Below, piece after piece: positions 11,433 through 23,399 of a DNA stretch of 64,000 bases (positions within the stretch are counted from its first letter, which is position 1; the number at the start of each line of letters is the position of its first letter). The notes below the pieces were generated by a model, which saw only the letters and a list, made by a program, of their open reading frames with translations, ran no database searches and was not told where the DNA came from. The DNA is taken from positions 170,066,001-170,130,000 of the forward strand of contig NC_042997.1 of NCBI RefSeq assembly GCF_006345805.1, given 5' to 3'. This DNA comes from Octopus sinensis (taxonomy: Eukaryota). The position numbers and the translations under genes are program-made.

Positions 11433-12986
11433 CTGAAAATACAATATAGAATAAGTCAGAATATAACAAATCAAAGTGAACATTATCATGTTCTCAACAA
11501 GAATGTATAGCAATGTATTTCAAATATTATATTTCATGCTCACTGGGAAATATCTTTTCCAAGGGTTAATAAAATAAATACCAATCAAATACTAGGTATG
11601 CAGGGACTGATTTCATTAACGATTCCTACACTCTACACCTTAACTTGTCAGGAATTGATGCTTCATATAATACTAAATAGATAATTTCAATAGAAGTGAC
11701 CAACCTAACATTATTTAATGAATCAAACACATCCATCAATAACAGCACCACAACATCCATCATCAAAATTTAAATTTGATGGAGGCAGGTGTCTGTACAC
11801 TTTCTTTGTAATAGTTATTTTCATATAATCTTAGAATATTCCTGCTATTAAACCTAATTTTTCTTTACAACCTTACAGGCACAGACATGGTTGTATGGTT
11901 AAGTAGTTACTTCTCAACCAAGTACTTTTAAATTCAATCCCACTACATGGTACCTTGGGCAAGTGTCTTCAACTATGGCCCCAGGTCAACCAAAATTTTG
12001 TGAGTGGATTTAGTAGATGGAAACTGAAAGAAGCTTGCCATCATCATTTAACATACCCTTTTCCATGCTAGCATGGATTAGATGGTTCAGCAAGGACAGA
12101 TGAGCTAGAGGGCTGCATCAGATTCTAAGTTTACTTTGGTATGGCTTCTCCAGCTGAATGCCTTTCCTAATGCCAACCACTTAACAGAGTGTACAGGGTA
12201 CTTTTTATGTGACACCAGTAAGATTACCAAGTACCTGCAAGATAAGATCCCTAAACTGTGTCTATCTCTATGTGTTTATGTTTCCTTGACTTGACACTAC
12301 GTAATAGATATAAACAGACATCAGTGCCATACAATTAGCAACCTTCATTTCCAGTTTTCTATGGTAACACGTCCACCCATGGGTAAATATTATCTTGCTG
12401 GGTAGGGAATCCAGCATCAACAAATTCCATTTGATACATGCAAGCATGGAAAAGTGGATGCTACAATAATGATGACAATGACTCTATGACATAGAACAGT
12501 TTACAATTTTGCTATCATTTATTGATAAAGATTGTATTATGTGCATCACAGATGTATGACGCTGTATGACACTGAAACATTGATAGCAGAGGTGAATGAA
12601 TTAAGTATGGTAAGAGGGATTATCATAGATGAATTTACTAATAAATAATTAAAAATAAGGATAAATAAAATAGCATATATAAATAGTAATATTAAAATAT
12701 GCCAGTCATTTGTTATATGGAAACCGTTTTAAAAAAGAGAAGCAGCTTAAATTTTGAATAAGTGATAACCAAGTGCTAAACTTCACCAAGTGTCCTTAGG
12801 CAAAGCACATTGCACTACTTACCTAAAATAGTGGTCACTTTTATAAAAGGTGTCAGTCCATAATATTCAAGAAGCAAAGATCCAAATTTTCAAATCCTTT
12901 CTACCTCATGCAAACACAGAAAAAGGAATACAAGGTAACACTTATTAATTATACATATTAGAATGCTTCAAAACTGTATTATTTAC

Positions 12987-13705
12987 CTGTGATCGAAAAG
13001 CTTTAGTACATAGTGTACAAGTAAATGGAAGAACCCTTGCAGATTTATCCAGGTGTGTAAACTTGTGCTGTGATAAAGCATCTGGTCGTTTAAAGGCCTT
13101 GCCACAAAGATCACACAAATATGGACGCTGATTACAATGAACATTGTTTCTATGTCTCACGTAATGTTCCTTGCGCTGAGTTTTATAACTACAAAAATCA
13201 CATTGGTAAGTTTTAGTGAGTTTCGTTAGAATATTACTTGAGTTATCGTTCGTAACTGTTTCATTATGACTTAAACGTAGATGGCTACGGTACAAATGCC
13301 GGCGTAGAGTCTTGTATTGACATTTTGGACAGGCATACAACAAGGTATGATGTTTTCGTTGTGTGCTATGTCTATTTTTCACATGCCGAGCAAGTAGCTT
13401 GTTACTGTCTGTACTGTATTTACATTTCATACACTGCAGTAAAGTATTACTGTGAAGGACTTCATGCCGCCTCAGATGACTCAAACGAATGCTAGTGAAA
13501 TCACATTGTTTACACTGGAACAAATTATTATCTTTTTCATGTAATTTAAGATGTTTTATAAAATGGCTTTCTCTTTTGGATTTGAAAGAACATTCACTAC
13601 AAAAAAATTTAAATGGGGCTAAGGCTTCATAGTTTTTCTTCAAGATACGTCGTCCTGTGAATGTGGAACGTTTACTTTTGTTGATAAATATCAGAGAACT
13701 GTCAT
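12987..13705 (-). CDS. AT-hook/C2H2 zinc-finger protein, coding exon 4 (fingers 1-6 and first half of finger 7)
   Basis: Acceptor TTTTCAG|AT (phase 1), donor CAG|GTAAAT (phase 0); six complete C-x2-C-x12-H-x3/4-H motifs plus CTLCTKAFRSQ. Confidence 0.95.
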
Positions 13706-14223
13706 CTGAAAATATAAAACAGAAAAATCTATTTATTAGGAAACTATCACCTAAATCAGATTTATAGTTTAGTAGCATATCATCAAAAGACAAAGTCTCT
13801 CATTATCATTATGCTAATTCCCATAACTCTTACTAACATAATATCTATAACTTATGAATGTAGGTTTTAGGAAAGATTGTCCATCTAGCCCATAACATTT
13901 ATCTCTGGCTTCAACCTGGCCCACAAAGCCAAACACTCTTGCCCTAATCTCAAAAAAACAAAACAGTACTTTAAATAACATACCTGTGGCCTAGAGCACA
14001 TTTTGTCCATGTAATATCAGTTTTTTTCCTTTTTCTATGCCAGCATGTGTTGGAACTTTCAGTCTTATTTCATATTATGATTCATCAAGCTTTATTATTA
14101 TTTTGGTCTTAATCTTCATTAGTTAAAGCTTACCCCGCCACCCACCAAATGATTATTATATAGAATTACATGCATTATATTATAGGTTTTTAATACTTTT
14201 TCAATAAGTAGATTATTTCTTAA

Positions 14224-14443
14224 CACTTTAGTATTTAAACCAACCATATCCAGCCAGAATATTCTACCTGCTTTATGTTCAAACTGACTAGATCTGATCC
14301 CTCACACTTATATTATAATGTCATTCTAAAAGTAAATTACCATGTTATCAAAATCTTGAAGCTATGAGATAATGCATAATTAATTCAAAAGGATATGAGT
14401 AAGTAAATATTACTTTTAACAGAATAATCTGAATGCTAAAGGG
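14224..14443. mobile_element. piggyBac-like MITE (220 bp)
   Basis: TTAA on both sides (14220-14223, 14444-14447); ends CACTTTAGTATT...AATGCTAAAGGG; related copies at about 2922, 45287 and 55868. Confidence 0.7.
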
Positions 14444-15544
14444 TTAAACTATGAGAACCACAAGTTATTATTTTAGTTTGCTTTATTATTAAACATAAAT
14501 TGCATAACAGGTAAATGAGCACATAAAGTACTCAGTTAACAAGGAATGGCACCAAATACTGAAAATGTCTAGAGACATTTGGACATGCCAGCTAGATATC
14601 TGTGATCTAAAATACTTCAATGCTGACATAGGACTGGCATGTGATTGAGCAAAAATCTGCACACACATTTCAACTTAAGTTTGATGATAGTAATCCTATA
14701 CATGGGAACAACAAACAAAAAACTCTCTTGTAGCAGTAGAACTTGTCTTTAGATATGAGTTATGCCATACCAAAAAAGTTTTATAAATGTTAAAGAAATT
14801 TCTTCTCTACTCTAGGCACAAGGCCCAAAATTTTAGATTGACCCCAGTATGCAACTAGTACTTAATTTATCGACCCTGAAAGGATGAAAGGCAAAGTCAA
14901 CCGCAGTGGAATTTGAACTCAGAACGTAAAGACAGACGAAATACTGCTAAGCATTCACCCAGTGTGCTAATGATTCTGCTTGCTCGTTGCCCTAATGCTT
15001 AAGAAATATTGACTGAACAAAAACACCAGTGTAACATTTGTATTTGTGAATAAATTTTGGGACAAGGTTAGCAATTCCAAGGGAGCAGGTAAGTTAATTA
15101 TGTTGACCCCAGTGCTCAACTGGTACTCTTTTTTTTATTGACTCTGAAAGGATAAAAGTCGACCTTGGTAGAATGTGAACTCAGAACATAAAAGATGGAC
15201 AAAATGTCACTAAGCATTTTGCCTAGCATGCTAACAATTCCGCCAGCTCACCACTTTATATTTGTGAATAAATATTACAATCACTGGACTCAATTTAAAA
15301 TTATGAATAGCCTTTGCCCTTTTATGATGAAGTTAGTGAGAAGGAGCTGAAATATCATAAAATCCTTCAAATGAATTGGCTACCTAAATGAGATCGCATT
15401 TCAGATAAATGCAGATCCAACTTAAAGTTCACTAACATTTTCAGTTATTGCTTTCTTTCACCGATTCAATTTATACAATACTATTATGGTGTACCCTTTT
15501 GTTTTAACTCCATGAGTGTAGTGGGTGCTTTTTTTTTTTTTTTG

Positions 15545-15729
15545 TGCGGGTGGCACGTAAAAAGCACCCACTACACTCACGGAGTGGTTGGCGTTAGGAA
15601 GGGCATCCAGCCGTAGAAACACTGCCAGATCTGACTGGGCCTGACGAAGCCTTCCAGCTTCACAGACCCCAGTTGAACCGTCCAACCCATGCTAGCATGG
15701 AAAGCGGACGCTAAATGATGATGATGATG
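15545..15729 (+). mobile_element. Family A repeat (RTE 3-prime-end-like SINE with (GAT)n tail)
   Basis: GGCACGTAAAAAGCACCC...GGAAGGGCATCCAGC...CCAACCCATGCTAGCATGG...(GAT)n; more than a dozen copies in the window. Confidence 0.85.
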
Positions 15730-16201
15730 TAATCTAAAAGTTTATTTATTGTAGAAGGGAAAGAAAAGAGAAAATAGGAAAGCTTCTGACAATGCAGAAA
15801 GTTTCACAAAATCTTTATATTTCAAGTGCAAAAATGTTTCTGGTTACTTTTGGATAACATTTTAATGTTACGTTTCTTATTGTTCGAATATATTAATGTT
15901 AAGATCCAGACCATTAGCTCATGGAATAAGAACAATCAACTTCATATGGTAGGATACTTTATTTTACATGCCCCAATTTAACCTAAATTTTGGAAACGGG
16001 TAAAAGACAATCTCATATTGGCATAACATTAAGGTATCTAGAACTAAGCATCATTTTAATGGTCCACCAATACCCATAGAAATAAGTTAACTAATTCAGT
16101 ATTTTGTTGTAGGAACCTATACCTCTGAAATTAGTCGTTGTTTCTATATACATTACTTATTTTCCTTTTAAAGTTCTCTCTTTAAAAGAGTAAATAAATA
16201 C

Positions 16202-16859
16202 CTTTTGTTTGTACCTCTTTGTTAATATTTTCTTGACTGTTCAATAAATCTTCTTCAAAAGAGAAATTTTCTGGCTGTTGACCACAATCTAGAGATGCTG
16301 TATCTGGAATATTTTCGTTAGATTCAGTACCTTTTTCAAAAGTTTCATTTGAACATAAAGTCTGTTGTGTTTGTGCATCAGTCTTTGATTTTATGTTATC
16401 TTTTGGTGCCAGCGGCTGTTTCCTTGGCCTGCCAACTTTGCGCTTTTTTATACTAGTTTGTTTTTGATCTTCATGAGTTGACGAATAAAGAGAATTTACG
16501 TAATTGATATAGTGTGGATGTTGCCTAACTTCACGGCCATGGAGGGAGATCTGAGGTAGTAATAAATTACATGATATTCCTTTATCGACCATATCAGGTT
16601 TTATTAAAGTCTCTTTATGACAACTTGCATTCAGGTCCACATTACATTCTTTGTGTGTATATTCAGAGTCTAAAAGATGACGAAGAGCTTTTTCCAATTG
16701 TGTTAGGGCGATAAACGATCCTGAGACACTTGCTCCGTCAGTAGTCATATTAACAGCAATTTTGTATTTTGACTGTAAATTATCCAAAAATGTCTGATTA
16801 TTATGAGGTATTGCTTGCATTACTGATGATGATAATAGTCCTGTAAGATGTGAAAATAT
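16202..16859 (-). CDS. AT-hook/C2H2 zinc-finger protein, coding exon 3 (contains AT-hook KVGRPRKQP)
   Basis: Branch-like CTAAC, pyrimidine tract and TTTTCAG|ATA (phase 0); 219 open codons; donor AAAG|GTATTT (phase 1) joins exon 4 as G+AT = Asp. Confidence 0.85.
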
Positions 16860-17385
16860 CTGAAAATAGTAAAGAATATGCAGTTAGGAAAAGATGAAAT
16901 AAATAATATAAAGTTAAAATTTAAAGAATTAAATATTAAGATGAAGATAAATAATTATTTCTATACTAACAAAAGCCACCGATTTGGAGGGAAGGATGTA
17001 CTGCTTGTACTTGGAGGCAGTGTTCACCAGGTATAAGTTGAGTAGGCTCCGACCAGTGAATCCATAAGGATTACTCGACTCCAGATGACAGGCAAAATCA
17101 ACAACCTTTCCACCTATGGGATTGCTGTTAGAATGTAAAGGGACGTAACTAATGACCACAAAACATTTTGTTTCCTCAATATATGAGGACAAGATCAGAA
17201 ATTACACATGGCCTGGAACAATGAAAGGCTAGGTTGACATCGGTAGGATCTGAACTCACAATGTAAAGAGACATACAAATACTGCAAGGCTTTATTGTCC
17301 GATGTCCAACAAATTCAGTCAATTCACCGCTCTAACGAATAATTCAGAAGGAAAAAAAAGTTCATTAAAAAACCTGTAATATTAC

Positions 17386-17719
17386 CTCCCCTTGCTCATG
17401 AAGGACTGGATCGTATTTCCTCTCGTGCAAGTTGGCAGTAATTCCTTCGAAGGTTGTATCACCATTGGAAATAGCATTTGATTCTACACTTGCAGGATCT
17501 TCCTTCAACTGAATAAGGGTTGAATTTACAGTGTCTTCACTAAATGGTATGAGTGCCTCAACAACAACACGTTGTGGAATATCATACTGTTCTAATCCAG
17601 AAACAGTCTGAAGAGTCAAATTTGTAGATGGTAAGTTACTCCATGGAATTTGTCCTTCCTGGAAACAATCTGATGGCACTGATACGATTGTAAATGATGC
17701 TTGTTCAGGTAAATCATTT
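17386..17719 (-). CDS. AT-hook/C2H2 zinc-finger protein, coding exon 2
   Basis: Acceptor CTATTCAG|A (phase 2); 111 open codons NDLPEQASFT...HEQGE; donor GAG|GTAATA (phase 0). An in-frame alternative donor lies 12 nt further on. Confidence 0.75.
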
Positions 17720-18221
17720 CTGAATAGAAGTAATAGAAAATAAAAATTAAATTAAAAGTATTCTTGAAAATTAGAAGAATCTATAAACGCTCTTCTTTTG
17801 TAAAAGGGAAGGAGATATAATGAGCTCTGGTAAGAGAAGGTAGTGCCCACGAGTATTCACAGGGTCTCCAAGACTGAATGGTGGAAGGGAGAAAGATATC
17901 CTCAAACCAGAGAATGCTTGCACCAGAGTGGATTGCTAAAGGCATCCAAAGCACCAGGAGGTGATGTTAAACTGAGTGACAAACTGAGTCTACTACCAAA
18001 GTAGGCTACAGTAGGATTTGAACCCAGAAGGCAAAGACCCAGAACAAATACTGCAAGACATCTGGTCAGAGGTTCTTAGACTTCCCCGAATCCACCAGCC
18101 TAGATTGCTATTTTTTGATTCCAAAAAAGATGAAATGCAAAGTTGATCCCAGTAGGAGTTGAACTCAGAGCAGAGAAAGTCACAACAAATACAGTGAGGC
18201 ATTTTATTTGATGCTCTAAAG

Positions 18222-18705
18222 CAGTGGTTCCCAAACGTTTTCGGGCTGCCACCCCCCTTGACACCTAGGCCACATTTCTAGTGCCCCCACTTTAACTATC
18301 CATCACAAACATAGACCTCTTTCTGAAGCAAATTCAAAGCAACTGTATTTCACAAATAAAACTTATGAACTATTATTTTATTGTTTTTACATGAATCACT
18401 ACCTTATTATTGCCCTACATTTTACATGATTCGCCACCCCATTACCACCCCACATTTTACATGAATCGCTACCCCATTATCCATTATTGCCCCACTCTTC
18501 TGCAACACCCCAGTGGGGAGGGGTAATACCTATTTCTTTACTACCCACAAGGGGCTAAACACAGAGGGGACAAACAAGGACAGACAAACGGATTAAGTCG
18601 ATTATATTGACCCCAGTGTGTAACTGGTACTTATTTAATCAGCCCCGAAAGGATGAAAGGCAAAGTCAACCTCGGCGGAAATACCACCCACTTTAGGAAC
18701 CAATG
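18222..18705. mobile_element. hAT (Charlie-like) MITE carrying a nested family B SINE
   Basis: TIRs CAGTGGTTCCCAAAC / CTTTAGGAACCAATG; exact 8-bp TSD CTCTAAAG at 18214-18221 and 18706-18713; 5-prime-truncated SINE at about 18531-18679. Confidence 0.85.
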
Positions 18706-19650
18706 CTCTAAAGAATCTGCCAATTCACCATGTTTACTGGTATTACTTTATTGATGCTAAAGACAAAGTAGAGTCTGCTGGAATTCAAGCTCAGAGCTTT
18801 GAAGTTCAGAATCTGATATTATAAACTGTCAAGTGTAATGTTTAACCCCACACAAAAATTTTTAATAATGCATATATCATGCAAAGGAAAGGCCTAATAA
18901 GTATGAATTTGGTGCTACTTGAAAACTACTGGAAATGTTGCAACATGAAAGCTCTATATATCAGATTAACCCATTGTACAATCCATTATAACAGGACAGT
19001 TGGATACATTTAGTTGGGAAGGGTTAAAAGAAGTCAGTGAAACCATGTGACCAAGTGGTTAGTGTTGAATTCCTGATTTTATGGTTGTATTTCAGTTCCC
19101 ATAATGGGTGGGCTGTTGTGCTCTTAAGTAAAATGCTTCATTTCATACTGCTCTTGTCCATTCCGTTGAAAATGCATATGAGCAACAGCTGAGGATCAAC
19201 CCTGCAAAAGGGTTTCTTAGTCACTTATGCAACACAGAAACCAGAATAAGTTCCAGCCTGAAACTGTTGGTTTTAGACCAAAGCTAAGTAAGATAGAAGT
19301 TATCAAGTTAGGATGAGATAAAAGCTAAGATGAGGACAGTTTGGTGATGGGCCAAAGATTATAAATCACGAGAAAATACCTAGTAATCTAGCACATTACT
19401 TTTTATTATGCAGTCCAGAGTATGCCTGTACATAACGTACACACTTGGACAAATGAGTTTTATATTTTTTAGTTTAGAGTTGAGACACTCTGTCTTATGG
19501 AGAATATTTAATCAACATGGAAGGTTATCAGAGACTAGAAAACTTAACATTTTTACAGAAAGTGATGGTTTTAGCTGTGTTCATGATGCCATTTGAGATG
19601 TGTAGTACTGCATTTTGCTTCTGTTAAATGAGTCTGGACAACTAACTACC

Positions 19651-20121
19651 TATTTCTTTACTACCCACAAGGGGCTAAACACAGAGAGGACAAACAAGAA
19701 CAGACAAACGCTATTTCTATACTACCCACAAGGGGCTAAACAAGAACAGACAAACGGATTAAGTCGATTATATTGACCCCAGTGCGTAACTGGTACTTAT
19801 TTAATTGACCTCGAAAGGATGAAGGGCAAAGTCAACCTCGGCGGAATTTGAACTCAGAACGTAGCAGCAGACGAAATACCTATTTCTTTACTACCCACAG
19901 GAGCTAAACACAGAGAGGACAAACAAGAACAGACAAACGGATTAAGTTGATTATATCGACCCCAGTGCGTAACTGGTACTTATTTAATCGACCTCGAAAG
20001 GATGAAGGGCAAAGTCGACCTTGGCAGAATTTGAACTCAGAACGTAGTGGCAGACGAAATACCGCTAAGCATTTCGCCCGGTGTGCTAATGATTCTGCCA
20101 GCTCGGTGTGCTAATGATTCT
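19651..20121 (-). mobile_element. Head-to-tail trimer of family B SINE
   Basis: Three tail-anchored units start at 19651, 19711 and 19881, inside one 14-bp TSD GACAACTAACTACC (19637-19650, 20122-20135). Confidence 0.88.
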
Positions 20122-20489
20122 GACAACTAACTACCAATGATAGAATGCTTTCTGAGTCTCAGTTCCTGGAGGACAAGCATGTCTGTCTGAGGAGTTGAGA
20201 TTGAGTATAAAGCCTGTGTATTGGAAGGGAGAGAGAAGTACAATATTACCTACATAAGAGTGGCTGTGGTTAAAGGTAACATATAGGTTTTTTGGGGTTT
20301 TTTTAATATAGAGAAAGAAAAATGTGAAAGAGGTAACTAAGACCTGGTGTTCCTTCAACGTGATAGAATTAAAATAGGAGAGAGCTTTATCACTAAACAA
20401 TATGATGGAACAACCCGACTGGAAGCTTCTGACCTATATGACCAATGACAGATAAATCTCAGCAGTAGGTAATTTTGCAAACAATGTTG

Positions 20490-20890
20490 CATGGCTGTGT
20501 GGTAAGTAGCTTGCTTATTAACCACATGGTTCCAGGTTCAGTCCCACTGCGTGAAACCTTGGGCAAGTGTCTTCTACTATAGCCTCGGGTCGACCAAAGC
20601 CTTGTGAGTGGCTTTGGTAGACGGAAACTGAAAGAAGCCCGTCGTATATATGTATATATATATATGTGTGTGTATATGTTTGTGTCTGTGTTTGTCCCCC
20701 CCCCAACATCCTTGACAACTGATGCTGGTGTGTTTACGTCCCCATAACTTAGCAGTTCGACAAAAGAGACTGATAGAATAAGTACTAGGCTTACAAAGAA
20801 TAAGTCCTAGGGTCGATCTGCTCGACTAAATGTGGTGCTCCAGCATGGCCGCAGTCAAAATGACTGAAACAAGTAAAAGAGTAAAGAGAG
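20490..20890 (+). mobile_element. Full-length family C SINE
   Basis: TGGCTGTGTGGTAAG A-box-like and GGTTCAGTCCC B-box-like motifs, internal TA/TG run, AAAAGAGT tail. Confidence 0.85.
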
Positions 20891-21444
20891 AGTCAGGACA
20901 TAGCCAGATGTTTTGCATCATGGAGTATGCAGAATGGTCCTCAGCTGAAAACATGCAGTGGTAAATTGCATGAGGAGAGGTAGTAGAATCACCGACTGGA
21001 AGTTAAGTGTTTTTGTCATGTGCAAGTCACCATTTAAAGAATACAAAATTTCCTTCTTTTGGCTAGAGAAGTAGAAGCCTATTAACCATTCAATGTCTTT
21101 ATCATTCAGGTTACATACACAGTATTAAATGAATATTAAGGTGGCAAGATGAAAGAATTGTTGGCATGCCAAGTAAATTGCTTAGCAACATTTCATATGT
21201 CTTTGCATTCTGGATTCAAATTCTGCTGAGGTTAATTTTGCCTTTCATCTTTTCAGAGTTGATGAAATAAATATTGGTTGAGCCCAGGGGTCAAAATAAT
21301 CGAAATTTCAGGTCTTGTGCCTATAGTAAAAAAGATTTTTTAATGAATACAGAATAAGAGAGTGATAGAATAAGTACTAGGCTTAAGATACAAGTCATGG
21401 GGTCGATTTGTTCAACAAAAACTGTTTCAACATGGCCGCAATCA

Positions 21445-22035
21445 ATTCTTTTACTTGTTTCAGTCGTTTGACTGTGGCCATGCTGGAGCACCGCCTTTAG
21501 TCGAGCCAATTAACCCCAGGACTTATTCTTTGCAAGCTTAGTATTTATTCTATCAGTCTCTTTTGCTGAACCGCTAAGTTACAGGGACGTATACACACAC
21601 ATACATATATATATATATATACACACGTATACGACGGGCTTCTTTCAGCTTCCGTCTACCAAATCTACTCACAAGGCTTTGGTCGGCCCGAGGCTATATA
21701 TTTCTTTATTGCCCACAAGGGGCTAAACATAGAGGGGACAAACAAGGACAGACAAAGGGATGAAGTCGATTACATCAACCCAGTGCGTAACTGGTACTTT
21801 ATTTATCGACCCCGAAAGGATGAAAGGCAAAGTAGATCTCGGCGGAATTTGAACTCAGAACGTAATGGCAGACGAAATATCGCCAAGCATTTCGCCCGGC
21901 GCGCTAACGTTTCTGCCAGCTCGCCACCTTCCGAGGCTATAGTAGAAGACACTTGCCCAAGGTACCACGCAGTGGGACTGAACCCAGAACCATGTGATTG
22001 GTAAGCAGGCTACTTACCACACAGCCACTCCTACG
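21445..22035 (-). mobile_element. Family C SINE interrupted by a family B SINE (21699-21930)
   Basis: 11-bp TSD CCGAGGCTATA at 21688-21698 and 21931-21941 lies inside the host SINE, whose sequence resumes exactly. Confidence 0.88.
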
Positions 22036-23367
22036 CCTGTATGTGCATTAAAATTCTAATTTTCAAAGGTAAGAATCCCATTGAATATACTGAATTGTCG
22101 ACTAAGTAAATCTTTTATTGTTCACTTTTTCTTCTATTTGTATTCTATTCTGTGCCGGGCATGCACTTTTAGCTTTCAATACTCTCTTTACCTCCCACCA
22201 CCACCAATTTAGCACACTGCATACAATAAGCTCATTTATATATTTTTAATTTATTAGAAAATTTTCGTTTTGAATTACTTTATAAACGGCGATCTTTGAT
22301 TGCCTTATAAACATATTCCGCTATATTTTACTAAGATGATCAGTGTTCAAAAGAGCCCAGACATAGTTGCTGTTAGGGTAAACAATAGGCTTTAGGAATT
22401 AATTCTAGAGTAACCAACACTTATTTCATGATGAGGTGTGTTGTTGCTTACTGACTGCACGGTTTATTTTGGGAGGATGGGGAGCGTCAATATGACAGGC
22501 TTGTTTGTTTATGCATCTCAAATATAATAAATACTGCAAGGAATTATGAACAATAAATGGTAATTTTTTTTTATACCCAATAAATTATACCGTCCCATAT
22601 GGGTAATACATGTTATTACTGTCATGCTCCGAGAACCAACGAAAGGGGCCTGTCCCCGGTCAATCAATCTGCTAGAAATAATAACCAAATCTCCTCTAAA
22701 TAACACCCTATGCTTTCAAAAACATAGAAACAATTTATACTAGAGTTGTAGGATTTTTAGTGACTTTATTAACTAAAATATTTCCAAAATTTTTTTTAAT
22801 TACTTCTAGATTGCAACGTTTGAATTTCTATTCACTGGATGCCTTGAAAGAGCAAAAATAAGCTACTATTTAAATGCTATTGTTTTTAAAGTTAGCCGTG
22901 ATCGAGCTGACTGCCAATCAAGAATGCCGATGATAAGCATCTTGTATTATTTTTCAGACCCGTCTTTTTCGTTTTATTTATCTTTTTATGACAGCCAAGG
23001 GAAATTTGGCTGCTATTGCTAGCAGGTTGAACGTCTGCGCAGAGGCTTTCTCGCTATGTTATAAATTGGTGAAGTTATAACAACAAAATACTAAAAAAAT
23101 ATATTTCTGATCTATGGTAGTGTTTTTCATCGAATTTTTTGTTATCATTGAGAAGGTGGGGATCAAAAATATTATTTTGCAAAATTCTATATTTCCGCTA
23201 CATTTCACCCAATTTAAACAATGTAGTTGGGTAAAGTGTCAGATGTGACACAAAAGCCCGAAGAGAGAAACATGCGGACTGAATGGTAGATCCGGGCACC
23301 TAGCGAGCTCACTAGGAAATGGGATCTACACAGAGAAAACACGAACAAATGTAATTAGCATACTTAC

Positions 23368-23399
23368 TGATCAATATTATCATTTAAATCTTTTTCCAT
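23368..23399 (-). CDS. AT-hook/C2H2 zinc-finger protein, predicted first coding exon (MEKDLNDNID)
   Basis: ATG at 23399 gives ten codons plus CA, then a consensus donor GTAAGT at 23367. Phase 2 matches exon 2 (CA+A = Gln). This was the only phase-compatible start I found. Confidence 0.6.

Noticed and set aside
22452-22533. Productive coding exon YLLYLRCINKQ... joined to an ATG-only exon at 24399
   Set aside because: It ends in phase 1, and I found no phase 1 to 2 exon linking it to 17719; the 23399 start fits directly. Kept only as a poison-exon candidate.
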